Shown here piece after piece: positions 1 through 12,027 of a stretch of 64,000 bases of DNA. The notes under the pieces are model-generated. The model had not been told where the DNA came from. It saw only the letters and a program-made list of their open reading frames with translations, and did not search any database. Where the stretch lies: assembly GCA_030390025.1 (NCBI GenBank), contig CM059438.1, positions 10,850,001 through 10,914,000 on the forward strand. Direction: 5' to 3'. Source of the DNA: Squalus acanthias (Eukaryota). How positions within the stretch are numbered: the stretch's first letter is position 1; each line of letters opens with the position of its first letter. The position numbers and the translations under genes are program-made.

Positions 1-66
1 TGATAAAGAGTAATGTTTAAAGCTACTTTTAGCACTGCATCATGTTTAATACGTCAGTACAATTAC

Positions 67-189
67 CCTGCTTATTGGAGAGCACACATGGCAGCACCGT
101 CCAACGAAAGGCCGCTTTCTGCTCAGAAGTGACTCCTTTCCAGTAGCGGCTGCAGATCGAAACACAGCAGAACTAGGACAGTACTCCAC
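67..189 (-). CDS. GPAM: GPAM (mitochondrial GPAT1) coding exon 2; gene continues off the left edge of the window
   Basis: tacag|GTG...AGG|gtaatt, 123 nt, phase 0-0. Translates VEYCPSSAVFRSAAATGKESLLSRKRPFVGRCCHVCSPISR, matching recalled human GPAM GECGFRPTIFRSATLKWKESLMSRKRPFVGRCCYSCTPQSW (both 41 aa). KESLxSRKRPFVGRCC favours GPAM over GPAT2. Confidence 0.9.
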
Positions 190-1185
190 CTGTAAAATAT
201 TACAACAGAATAAGAGAGGCTTGAGGGGAATTCTGGTGAACAATACAGCTAAAATTAAAAAGCCTTTAGGGCTTAAGAATGTATCATCAATGACAACATT
301 TCAGAACACACCTTCTGAACTTTGCTTAAAGGCAAGTCAAGGGAAGTACTTTTTTATTCAACGTATTCCACCAGCAGCTACTTAAAACATAGGTATTTAT
401 ATATTTAGAAAAATGTTCTTTTTAAGAAGAATCCAATTTTTACAACCACTAAACACATTTTGTTAGAATCTAATCATCACTAGCCACTCTGCTGGCATTG
501 ATGATACATCGCAGAGGCCCTCTGTAATGGAGCTCTGTGACTTGGGACACTCTGGAAGCTCAGCTGGAACTGCCCAGTCCCGGGAAATCACACGACCAGT
601 TAGATGTGCAGTATACCCAGCCAGTAACAAAATTGTGGCCCCCAAAGTAATCAACGGAATGACTTTTGGACACAGGGAGCCCTTAGCCAGCGGTGACATT
701 ACCAGGGTAGCCTGAAGAGAAGACCACCTGCAAGTTGACATTTAAAAAGAATACCGAGGAGTATTATCTAAAATATGGAGGAGCACTTGGAACCAAAAGT
801 ACTTTCTGTAGACTTTCCTTCTCATTAAATGTGTTTTCTTTTATACAATACATTTGAACCAAGGGTCACTTGTTGAGGCTTACCCATAATCTACTGAGAC
901 AGTGTAAGAGTATTGTTTTACAGAACAGTTCATGACTAAATTTATGATCGTAAAATGAAAATGTACTCCAGATTCATGATTTTAATCATTTTGGGGAAGA
1001 GGGATAATTAAGTTATTACTGTGAAACTTGTAATATTCATCTTTCTAGGGGCTCTATAATGAGGTTTTTTGTACTGCATTGAAATTCAAACATATTTTAC
1101 AAATTATACACATTAGTGTCGAAGATAGGTCATTTGAACAGTTTTTTTTCCTTTAAATTGATTGAACAGTTGAGTGTTTGCTTAC

Positions 1186-1287
1186 TAGCTCGTCGTTGGA
1201 ATTCTTCATTCTGTTGCCAGCCTGTGCTCTTGAGTTTGGCAAATAGGCATTGTCTGTCACTGAAGTAATCAGCACCGGCTCAGCCAT
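1186..1287 (-). CDS. GPAM: GPAM coding exon 1 (start codon; exon starts at 1307 with 20 nt of UTR)
   Basis: Strong acceptor tttatttgcag|TAC at 1307, AGCATGG start at 1287, donor CTA|gtaagc. MAEPVLITSVTDNAYLPNSRAQAGNRMKNSNDEL (34 aa) aligns without gaps to recalled human MDESALTLGTIDVSYLPHSSEYSVGRCKHTSEEW. Confidence 0.85.
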
Positions 1288-1446
1288 GCTGCTTACACAC
1301 TCGAGTACTGCAAATAAAAAGTAAAATACACATTTCAATAAAAGGTAACTTCAATATAAAAAGTATGAAAATTGTTTGGAAAATATTAAACTAACTTCCG
1401 TGTATTCGTCCACAACTGATGCCTTAGTTACTGATAAAACCAGTTA

Positions 1447-1872
1447 GCCCGGGCTCAGTGCTAGCACTCTCGCCTCTGAGGCAAAAGGTTCAAACTTCAT
1501 TCCAGAGACTCGAGCACATAATCTAGGCTGACACTTTAGTGCAGTACTGAGGGAGTGCTGCACTGTTAATGGTACCGTCTTTCAGATGAGATGTTAAACC
1601 GAGGCCCTGTCTGCCCTCTCAAGTGCATGTATAAGATCCCATGGCATTTTTTGAAGAAAAGCGGGGGAATTCTCTTGGTATCCCTCAACCAACATCCCTA
1701 AAACAGATTACCTGGTCATGTAGCTCATTGCTGTTTGTGGGACCTTGCTGCCGTGTTTCCGACATTACAACAGTAACTACACTTCAAAATCACTTAATTG
1801 GCTGTGAAGCAATTTGGGACATCCTGAGGTAGTGAATGGTGCTGCGAAATAATTGAAAGTTCTTTTTCTTTC
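1447..1872 (+). mobile_element. SacSINE1-like Deu-SINE
   Basis: tRNA-like head plus Deu core (CAGATGAGATGTTAAACCGAGGCCC...AAGATCCCATGGCA) plus L2-type tail. Confidence 0.8.
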
Positions 1873-2941
1873 ATGAGGAAAAGGACATAAAGTAGATTCC
1901 TTCTATATTACTGTCCTTTGCCAAGTGCGTCATAGCAAGGGGTGCATTAGCAATGTATTTTTAATGCTAGCTCTGTAAGTGAGGGAATCATAATGGCATG
2001 CATCATATAAGAGGTCGCAATAGGTTAAGCAATAACACAAGAGGTCACTGTAAATAGCAGTGAGCAGAGATATGGTGCAATTGTGTGAATTAAAATGCAG
2101 TGGCCGCATGGAAGGCATGAAGGACGGACTCAGTGACCTTTCCTGCCAGAACTGTACATTATTCAATTAAAGTATCATTGTAAACTTATGAGTAGTGTAG
2201 GATTGCAACTGTAAATGCACTTTATAAACTGGAGTAGTTGTTACACTGTGCTGTACAATCATTAAGCATGGTTCATTTAATCAGAGGTTTCTAGACTAGA
2301 CTAGAGCCTCATGACTCTTCATTGAAATCTTGTAAACTTTGTCCACAATACTGGGATGGCAATTTGCAAATTGACCAGTAATATATAAAGTCATTTGCGA
2401 AAGGAGGCTGGTAAAAGATAAAGGTATCGCAGCTCACATTTATAGATCAGCTTTCTCCCTTTGGGGAGGGAAAAATAGCTTTCCAACAATAAAAAAAAGC
2501 CAAAATCTCTCGGTGCATTGAGGACATTTTCATGATAAGTATTAAACAAGTGCAATAAACTCACCCTTTGTTCTAGGGATTTATCCAAAGCGCCCGATCT
2601 ATCCACTGAGTCCTGATCCAGTCCACCGACATTAAAATCATGCTTTGTTTGTGGACCTTACAGATATCAATTCAACATTTATGGTAACAAACTGACTTAT
2701 CAAATGTTACTTGGAAGACAACTGTAACTTTTATTTTTAAAAAGGGCTCCACCAGCGGCTAACGCAGTGTGTAGCTGAGCAATACAAGCCAGGAGGTCCC
2801 AGGTTCAACTCCTGGTCTGTGCTTATTGATCTCAGCTGGGGTGGCAGTGTCCTGTAGTGTCCCTGGCCGAGGTGAGGTAACTCAGTAAAACCAGGAATCC
2901 AATCCAAGACCATCCTGCTCAGCATCATACAGATTAGCAAG

Positions 2942-3303
2942 TAATCTAGGTTGAATCTTCAGTGTCGTACTAAGGGAGTGCTGCATTGTCAGAGATGATG
3001 TCTTTCCGATCGGGCATTAAACTGAGACCACTTCTACTTGACATAAAAGATGCTATGGCACTATACGAATAGGAGCAGGAGGTGCTTCTGGTTTCTTCTC
3101 CAATATTTAGCCCCCAACCAATACCACCAAAAATAAATTTAACTGGTGATTCATCTCTTTTGCTGTTTGTGGGACCTGAGCGTGCGCCAATTGGCTGCTG
3201 CGTTATCCCTACGTAACAACAGACTGCACTTCATTGGCTGTGAAATGCATTGGGACGTCCCGAGAATGGGAAAGGCACTATGTAAATGGAAGTCTTTTCT
3301 TTC
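2942..3303 (+). mobile_element. SacSINE1-like Deu-SINE, diverged
   Basis: Same core and tail as 1447-1872. Confidence 0.7.
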
Positions 3304-3889
3304 TTACCTCACTAAGCAGTGAACTTATCAACTGAGGCACCTGAGGAAGTTGCTCAAAGTAATTTCTTTTTCCATTTTTAGACAAAATGTTCCAAGAAAC
3401 TGAATGCGGGAGGAGTATCCTGCAAATTACTCCAAAGTTATTTGGGGTCTGCCGATTTTCTTTAAGGTCAAAAGTACTTGATTAAAAATAAGTTAACTGT
3501 AGGAGAACACAGCTGCAACAAAAAAAATTGTAGCCTCTGGAAACTAGACACAATCAAATGGAAATAATAACATTTCTGTATCCGTTTAAAGTTGTATGGC
3601 AAAGCCATTATTTACAAATATGCTGGTAATAGGGCTAACGCAACTGGGTGTCTAAGCAAGTGTTTAAACAGATGGTTGCACAGAGCTTCCTGGCAGTTTG
3701 ATTAAAAATGGAGAAAGCACCAAGTCAGGTGCAATTCTTGGACTTTTAAAACTTGAAAGTGTCCTTAATGCATAGGTCTGGCATTCTCTACTTAAGGTTG
3801 TGAGTCTGATCCAAAACTGACTGCATACTTAACAAAAGGAACCACAGACATGGAAAAAAATAAACTATTTTAAGATATGCTCCTCCAAA

Positions 3890-4335
3890 TGGCTCAGTGG
3901 CAGGGGACCGTACAGGTCAGCGGGGATTGCAGGTTTGTCTCTGATCAGCGTTGAGTTAGTTGATCTCAGCTGGGGCAACAGTCGACTTTAATGCTCCTGG
4001 GCTAAAAGGTCCAAAAGAAAATAGCCTGGGTTCGTGCTCATGATTATTAACCTGTGACTATTGCCGACAAATGTGTGGGTGTGGACGATGGGCGAAGACA
4101 GGATTTGGATCAAGGCGATGCTGTCCATGGTCAAATAGCCTTACTGTCTAGGCTTATATGTGAAGAATGGCCTCATGAATAGGGTACCAGAGGACTGCTG
4201 GTACCAACCCATGGAGCTGTACCAACCCATGGAGCTGTACCAACCCATGGAGCTGTACCAACCCATGGAGCTGTACCAACCCATGGAGCTGTACCAACCC
4301 ATGGAGCTGTACCAACATACATCGGCACACTGAGA
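3890..4335 (+). mobile_element. Copy of an abundant tRNA-headed SINE-like family (GAGTTAGCTGATCTCAGC type)
   Basis: Motifs shared with copies near 11220, 18540, 41040, 57900 and 61720. Confidence 0.6.
4201..4316. repeat. 18-bp tandem repeat (GTACCAACCCATGGAGCT) x6.4
   Basis: Perfect copies visible; source of the WYSSMG-repeat ORF. Confidence 0.95.
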
Positions 4336-4351
4336 GGATGAGAGAAGAAAT

Positions 4352-4720
4352 AACAAAGAACTACCTAGCGCTTCATCATGTCCTCAGATATCGCAAAGCG
4401 CTTCACTGCCAATGAATTACTTTTGAAGTGCAGTCACTGCTGTTATGTCGGCAAACGTAGCAGCCAATTTGCGCACAGCAAAGTCCAACAAATAACAAAT
4501 GTGATGAATGATTGTTCATCTGTTTTTTGGGGGTGTTGAATGGGGAAAAATTATTGGTCAGGATACCAGGAGATCTCCTTACTGCTCTTCAAATAGTGCC
4601 ATGGGATCGTTTAGACAGTCAGACATAGTTCAGTTTAGTTTCTCATCTGAATGATGGTCTCTCCAATTACACAACTCTTAATGCAGCTTCAACCTGGTTT
4701 ATGTGCTCAGGTCCTGGAAC
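4352..4720 (-). mobile_element. SacSINE1-like Deu-SINE, diverged
   Basis: Reverse complement of the Deu core and tail. Confidence 0.7.
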
Positions 4721-6379
4721 GGGGCCAAGCTGGCGCTTGAGCACAAATAGCAAGAACCCACAGCAAAAAAGGCTGACAGAGCTTAATAAAAATCAAATCC
4801 CATATCGCTGGAACTGCAAACAGTACTAGCATTCTGCTGAACCAATTATGAGAGCCAGTAGCAAGGACAATCCGTACACATCTACACAGAATTTATGATA
4901 TTTCAGAAACAATAAATCAGAGCATTTTCCTGCCATTTTTCGCCTTAAGTCTTGCTCATTTGAACAACATTTCCTAGTTAAGTCTTGCAGTCAAGTTTCG
5001 AAAGTTGAAATACGAAAAGAAAACCTGCAAGTCTGCACACGAGGCAAAGATGTCAGTGAATTATGTTTTGTAATGGAGCCATCAACTGTTAAAGCAATTG
5101 GGCCAAAACTCCAGGCTATGAAGCAGGAAAACAACAGCCTAGATTCCAACTCTTGATTGCTATCCAATGGCGTCAAATTGGTCGGTACTCATTGCCCAGG
5201 CTCATATGTGAAGACCGACCTCTAAAGCAAGGTGCTGCAGACAGCGGTCGAACTTACCCCCAAGTCAAAGTTAAGGTCTTCAGTAGAGGAAAAATTTCAC
5301 ATTAAAACTGCTTCTGCCCACTCTCCACTTTTGAAATGTTAAAAATTAAACAGATTTTCTTTTAAAAAGCCTCTTCAACAATGCTTAAACAATCCTGCAA
5401 AAATGAATTACATTTCGAAATGCTCGCTGCCGTGCGAGTTACTTTCTCTGAACCTTGGACTTCGTGCCAGACACTTCTTACAATATTTGCTGCATAAATC
5501 ACACCATCAGACCTAGAATTATGTCGAGCGAGTAGAAGGGCTTGACTTCATTTATTTTAAAACAGCTACAAAAGCAAGTCAATTATTTGTACACAAGTGT
5601 GAGATCTAATCCTAATTCTACAGGTAGGGCCCCCCACCCCCACCAACAGAGAGACAATGCTTAGAATATGTGATCTGTACTCACTCTTCAAAAAAATACT
5701 GAGGCTCACCTTGATCCTTAATTGCAGTACAATAACATTACCAGTGGCAATGTTGAGTGCGAGAAATTAGGCAATACAAAAAATCCCTTATATTCACTAC
5801 ATATTCTGTGGTAATACAGTGAAAGCCTTTTAGAATGCAATCTTGCTTCCCACCATCAGCAGCCAGCTGGATAATTTGGCGAAATGAAACTTCAAGTAGT
5901 CGCACTATATCTGCTTTAAAACTTGAAAATGCTTCGTTCTTGAAGTAAAAGTAAAAGACTCTCTAGCCCCAAGGGGATGCGGTTGTAGCATTCTCTACTC
6001 CTTCAGGGTGTGACCGAGCCTGAAATTGACTGCATGCAGCAAAAGGTCTCCAGAAGTACCAATAAATACTTTGAAGGTAGGTTGATATTACACAATCACT
6101 TGATGATAGAACGCGAGGCTGCTGGTGACGTGTCGTTCCGTCTCATTTATGGGGCAGGAAACATTTCACAGCACAAACAACTGCACAATTTCTCATCCCT
6201 AAATCTCCACTCTATATTTTCCCTAGGATCTTAAAACGGTGGAATCCTTGATCTCTCCTCATTCTTTCTTTCCTCCTACAGTCTTCCAGCTTTTAAAGTG
6301 AAAGATTAGAAACATCTAATTGCTACTTTCTGATTCACCTCCCTTCTCTCTTTTACTCACTTAGTGATGTCCTGCACCA

Positions 6380-6916
6380 TGTGCCTCAGCTGGAGTATTG
6401 CGTACAATTCTGGGCACCACACTTTAGGAAGGATGTCATGGCCCTGGAGAGGGTACAGAGGAGGTTTACCAGGATGATGCCAGGGATGAGGGAGTTCAGT
6501 TATGTGGAGAGATTGGAGAAGCGGAGATTGTTCTCCTTAGAGCAGAAAAGGTCAAGGGGAGACCTAATAGAGGTATTCAAAATGATGAGGGGCTTTTGAT
6601 AGAGAACCTATTTCTTCTGGCAAGCGGGTCAGTAACCAGAAGTCATAGATTTAAAATAATTGGCAGAAGAACTAGAGGGGAAATGAGGAGAAATTTCTTC
6701 ACACAGAGGGTTGTTATGATCTGGAACACACTACCTGAAATTGTGGTGGAAGCAGATTCCATAGGAATTTTAAAAGGCAATTGGACATGAAGAGGACTAA
6801 TTTGCAGTGTTATGGGGAAAAAGCTGGGGTGTGGGACTAAATTGGACAGCTCTATCAAAGAGCCAGCACAGATGTGATGGGCCGAATGGCCTCCTTCTCT
6901 GCTGTAAGATTCTATG
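6380..6916 (+). mobile_element. CR1 LINE 3' fragment
   Basis: [13 protein letters not shown]...[17 protein letters not shown]-terminus and CR1 3'UTR. Confidence 0.9.
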
Positions 6917-7926
6917 TGCTTTGCCCTTCACCTTGATTCCTCTTTGCATCTTTTTCTAGCCTTCCTTAAAGGCTGGGCAGGATTAGTACAGGCTAGCAAG
7001 TGGATGTCACATCTACAAATGGGCTAAAAACAGCAGCACCCTGATGCCAGAAAAGATAGTAGCCTCTCTGAAAACAGCATTGAAAACCATCTCTGTTAAA
7101 TGGGTCGGAACTTCTGCAGGCAGCAACACGGCCTCATTTGCTCACCAAAGTCGGGGCTAGTGTCAGCAGGAATTCTGCGAGGTAAATGCTATATTATAAA
7201 ATCACCCGATTACGTATTGTGGCTGCAGGTACCCTTTTCCCGTTGACCATGAAGACGTGTCCTCTGATTTAAAACTTCGATGATGGGTTACTTATTTGGG
7301 TGAGCTCGGATTTCAAAGACTAGAGGAGAACTACTTCCAAGTCAAGTTTTACCTTTGCAACTTTTTCCATTCCCCCTTTGACTTAGTGGTTTATTCCTCA
7401 TCTCGCTGGATTCTTTTAAATTGTTTGTGCTGGTGACCAAACTGGGCAACGTCCCCCTCTCCCCCTGTTGCTCGACAGCGACCTTCCCAACTGAAGTCCA
7501 GAATAAAGAGAGAACATTCAGCTATTCTGATTTTTGACACAAAATACTGAATACAGAATTCACCACTCCCTGTCTTCTTCTGCATTCTAACCTTGCTTAA
7601 AAAATGCAGCTTTAATGACATTTTGACACACTAGAACAGTGTTACTCATTTCAGATCTGATAAGCATTTGGCATCTTGCTGATAACATTGCAAGCACATT
7701 CCACTGGTATTTTTCAGCCAACAGTATGCCAACTTACAAAGAAACAAAAGAAATACATTTAAATGCTTCTTTTATAGAGTTGTTAAAAAAAAACTAGCTT
7801 TCAACCCTCTCAACACTGCTCACTTGCAACAACCACCATCATCATTTTCCTGGGTCTCCCCTAACAAGATAACCTGCACAGCCACAACCCCTTTAATTGT
7901 GGGTAACTAGATTGTCTTTACTAAAG

Positions 7927-8336
7927 AAATAAAGACTTGCATTTATATCGCGCTTTTCACGACCACCGGACGTCCCAAAGCGCTTTACAGCCAATGAAGT
8001 AGTTTTTGAAGTGCAGTCACTGTTGTAATGTAGGAAACGCAGCAGCCAATTTGCGCACAGCAAGCTCCGCAATGTGATAATGTCCAGATAATCTGTTTTT
8101 AGTGATGTTGATTGAGGGATAAATATTGACCAGGGCACCGGGGATAACATCCCTGCTCTTCTTCGAAATAGTGCCATAAGGATCTTTTACGTCCACCTGA
8201 GAGGGCAGATGGGGCCTCGGTTTAACGTCTCATCCGAAAGACAGCACCTCCGTAAGTGCAGCACTCCCTCAGCACTGCACTGGGATGTCAGCCTAGATTT
8301 TTGCGCTCAAGCCTCTGGAGTGGGACTTGAACCCAC

Positions 8337-8377
<41 letters not shown>

Positions 8378-8381
8378 TGGC
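7927..8381 (-). mobile_element. SacSINE1-like Deu-SINE, full-length young copy
   Basis: Intact A/B boxes (TGGCTCAGTGG; GGTTCAAGTCC), Deu core and tail. Confidence 0.88.
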
Positions 8382-9262
8382 TGGTGTAATTAATGTCCTT
8401 TAAGTGCACCTAACATGGTTAAGAACTCAACTCAATATGTAACTGTATGTTCCTACAAACCATTATATGCATAGCATATATCATGGATAAAGTGTCAAAG
8501 CATAGCTGCAAAATACTAACTCAGAAATCCCACCGGCACAAGGGCCTTTGATTTATTACACAGGACAGAGAACACTGACCTAATAGCCCGAGGAGCCACA
8601 GAAAGTAATTCAGACCAATCTAAGTAAGTGATCTACTCCAATATTTTTTCTTTTTATTAACCTTTACTTAGAGCACAACGGACAAGTTACCTCGACTGTG
8701 CATCAGTGAGCTTCACAGACAAGATAACTCATTTGGTGGTTGTGGTGCTGTATTTGGCATAAAAATTGCATCAAAAGTTGATCCGGTCTTCTCTCTAATG
8801 TTACCAGATCAACCTGCGTGCCTAGGCCTCAATTGGCTTAGAGGTTAACTAACCAGAGGACAATTTGTTTCAATGTACAGTATATACCACATTAAGAGTA
8901 GACAGTGGAATCCAAGGCTTAAGCAAAAGTGTTCAAAGTTATTCACGGTACAGAATAGATTAGCAATAAAGAGAATGGAAGAGACAGTCAGGACAGGAGA
9001 AGCAAAATCTTTAATATTTCTAAGAGCATATTCTAATTGTATAGGGTTTATATCACTGGAATAAAGTTACTCCTGACATTTGAGGAGTTTTATTTCTGTC
9101 ATTTAAGGTCTTATTTTAGCATGTGTGTGGGAGCGGAAAAGATTTTATCTTTTAAAAACGGCTAATCCAGGGAGCCTGGAATTCCCTGGACCTGCCAGCA
9201 GTCTCGAGTAAATTGAATTCATCTGCAGCTCTATCATTACTGAAAAATTGCTGTGAATTTTC

Positions 9263-9700
9263 CTTGGCTCAATTGGTAGCAATCGGAGTCAGAAGGTTGT
9301 AGGTTCTCAAGCCCTGCTCCAGGATGTGACCACATTATCTAGGCTGGCCCCTCAGAACAGAACTGAAGGATGGTTGCAATTGTCTGAGGCGCCGTCTTTT
9401 GGATGAAACATTAAACGAAGGCCGCATCGTCTATTCCGGTGGTTCAGGTGAACGTTAAAGATCCCATGGCACTATACGAAAAGCAGGGAGTTCTCCCAGT
9501 GTCCTAGCTAACACTGCTTCCTCAACAAACGCTACCAAAAATAGACTAAATGGTTAATTATCTTATTGCTGTTTGCGAGATCTTGCTGTGCAAAAATATC
9601 TGCCATGTTTGCAATTCAAATTAATTAATTCTATGAGAATCACTTAGGGATGTTTCTGAGACACATGATAAAGTGCTATATAAATACAAGATTTTTCTTT
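9263..9700 (+). mobile_element. SacSINE1-like Deu-SINE
   Basis: Head, Deu core and tail recognisable. Confidence 0.75.
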
Positions 9701-10572
9701 GGATTTAGATCCAAGCACAGTATAACACAATGAATGATGGTGTTTTCTTTCTAATTAATTTGAGAGACAGCACTAAGTTGCTCACAAATGTTACTTAGCA
9801 GCCAAATGTATTTTTATACATGCATATTTATGGGACATTTATTGAACTCAGGGGAATATTTATGGCTATTATATTAAAGCGTGATCAGTTGTCTCGTTTA
9901 GTTATAGAATAATCCAGTTAATTACAGCCATGAATTCGAATACTGCAATTCAAGTAAATAATTAAAGACTTCCTGAGTATAACTGCTTGTGTGACAAGGA
10001 GCGGAAAAGTCCTGTCTCAGATGATACAAACACAGGAGCGTCACAAATGCTCAACCTGGCTCCAAACATAAACGGCAGGTTTTTCTTTCCAGCGGGACTG
10101 CGCACAGACAAGCATTTGGCAGGCTTAATTTCACACTTCATTTACCTTACAGTGCCTGGGAGATTGTTTTTAAATTGCTCGCGATGTTCCATCGTTAGAC
10201 CGCCTTGTGTTTACTGGAACTGGTCTACAGATGCTGCCGCAGCACTGCGGTGATAAAGAATTGGCCATCGACCTCAGACAGGCCCTACTTAGCCTCGTGA
10301 TCTCTGCTAAAATATAACTGCATCTTGTCCCGTGCACTTCAACTGGTGATCAGTGGATTGGGAAGAGGCAAACAACATGTTGTTTGGGGTCTTGAGGCTC
10401 AAATCATGTTGAATGTAAAATGGTAGATATGAAATAAAGTCACCCTTTGGGGGAAAAAAACCCTGTTTCTTCCTTAACAAGAAAAAAAGGCTCACATTTA
10501 CATTGCATTTCATTATATCTCAGAAACATCTTCAAGCACTTCACATACAATGAATTACTTTAAAGTGCAGTT

Positions 10573-10977
10573 AAGAATATAAGAATATAAGAATTAGGAG
10601 CAGGAGTAGGCCATATGGCCCCTCGAGCCAGCTCCGCCATCTTCGACCTCAGTTCCACTTCCCCGCCCGATCCCCATATCCCTCGATTCCCCTAGAGTCC
10701 AAAAATCTATCTCAGCCTTGAATATACTAACGACTCAGCATCCACAGCCCTTTGGGGTAGAGAATTCCAAAGATTCACAACCCTCTGAGTGAAGAAATTC
10801 TTCCTCATCTCAGTCTTAAAAGCCCGACCCCTTATCCTGAGACTATGCCCCCTAGTTCTAGACTCTCCAGCCAGGGGAAACAATCTCAGTATCTATCCTG
10901 TCAATCCCCATCAGAATCTTATATATTTCAATGAGATCACCTCTCATTCTTCTAAACTCCAGAAAGTATAGGCCCAA
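10573..10977 (-). mobile_element. CR1 3' fragment nested within a Deu-SINE (SINE parts ~10490-10572 and ~10980-11200)
   Basis: CR1 terminal repeat (TTCTTATA)n plus RT C-terminus; SINE sequence resumes on both sides. Confidence 0.85.
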
Positions 10978-11219
10978 TCGGTTGTTATGTGAGGATTCAC
11001 AGCAGCCATTTTGTGCACACTAAACTCCCACAAGCAACAATGAGATGAATGACTGGATGATCTGTTTTTGCTGGTGTTTATTGAGGGAGGAATTCCAGCT
11101 AGGAAATGGGGAGAACTCCCTGCTCTTCTTTGAATAGTGCAACACCAGAAGCATTAAAACAGGCATACATGGCATCAGTTTAATATCTCATCCAGAGGAT
11201 GGATAGAATCACAAGACAA

Positions 11220-11570
11220 CAGGCTCAGCGGGTATATGCACAAACTGGTTTGGCACTGCACCCCAGGGTCAATCCCTAGTCTGTGCTGAGTTAACTGATC
11301 TCAGCCAGAGCAGCAGTGGAGACTCTATAGCAGACAGCCTGGCGAGGGAGGGTGAAAAAACACAAGTCAGGGCTCCTCTGCCTGCTAACTATTGAACCAT
11401 GCTGCAAAGTGAGCAAGAACAGCCTGGGCTCAGCTGTGAATCCACCGGCACGCGCAAGTCCAGACTCGTGCGTAAAATATGGCCACTGGAGCAAGTGCCA
11501 GAGGGGCGCTGGTGACTACGGCACTGCACTGCAGCACAAGTTAGCACCTTCAGGGTAAGAGGAAGCTGAA
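11220..11570 (+). mobile_element. tRNA-headed SINE-like family copy
   Basis: GGCTCAGCGGGT head and GAGTTAACTGATCTCAGC motif shared with many copies in the window. Confidence 0.6.
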
Positions 11571-11596
11571 AAGGAGAAAATGGAAAAGTAATGACA

Positions 11597-11838
11597 CAAG
11601 ATTAGAACAAAAGTGAGAAGTCGCACAACACCAGGTTATAGTCCAACAGTTTTATTTGAAATCACAAGCTTTCCGAGCTGCTGCTCCTTCGTCAGGTGAA
11701 GTTCACGAAGGAGCAGCAGCTCGGAAAGCTTGTGATTTCAAATAAAACTGTTGGACTATAACCTGGTGTTGTGCGACTTCTCACTTTTGTCCACCCCAGT
11801 CCAACACCGGCATCTCCGCATCAAGATTAGAACAAAAG
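11597..11838. mobile_element. Penelope-derived palindromic insertion with hammerhead core and 17-bp direct repeats
   Basis: Perfect 86-bp inverted arms at 11607-11692 and 11705-11790; CAAGATTAGAACAAAAG at 11597-11613 and 11822-11838. Confidence 0.8.
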
Positions 11839-12027
11839 AACCTTCCTTATCTGCCATAATAGTCTCACACTTATAGCACAGCAATACCCTAGGCACAGGA
11901 GTGAAGACTGCATAATAATAACATAGAGTAGAAGTAATCTTTCGAGGGCTGTGAGGATGATTAAGTCAGACAGGAGATGATTGGTGTCCACAAGCCTTAC
12001 AATGAAGCCATGCCCCACACAAGGTGT

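Noticed and set aside
46-66. ORF track stop after ...SPISRVIVLTY as the end of a gene
   Set aside because: AGG|gtaatt at 67/66 is a donor at the position homologous to human GPAM; the gene continues leftwards.
1186-2657. Alternative reading with in-frame TGA/TAG (possible selenoprotein or readthrough)
   Set aside because: The open frame matches the GPAM N-terminus; the stop-containing frame has no recognisable homology and no SECIS was seen.
7927-8381. SINE heads (here and at 45312) as tRNA genes
   Set aside because: The tRNA-like A/B boxes continue into Deu or V cores and LINE tails, so they are SINEs.
2437-10306. Chain of exon-like segments upstream of the GPAM ATG (near 10147-10306, 5443-5512, 3308-3340, 2437-2657) as an N-terminal extension
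   Set aside because: Splice phases cannot be joined consistently into the GPAM frame and there is no homology; at most they are unproven UTR exons.
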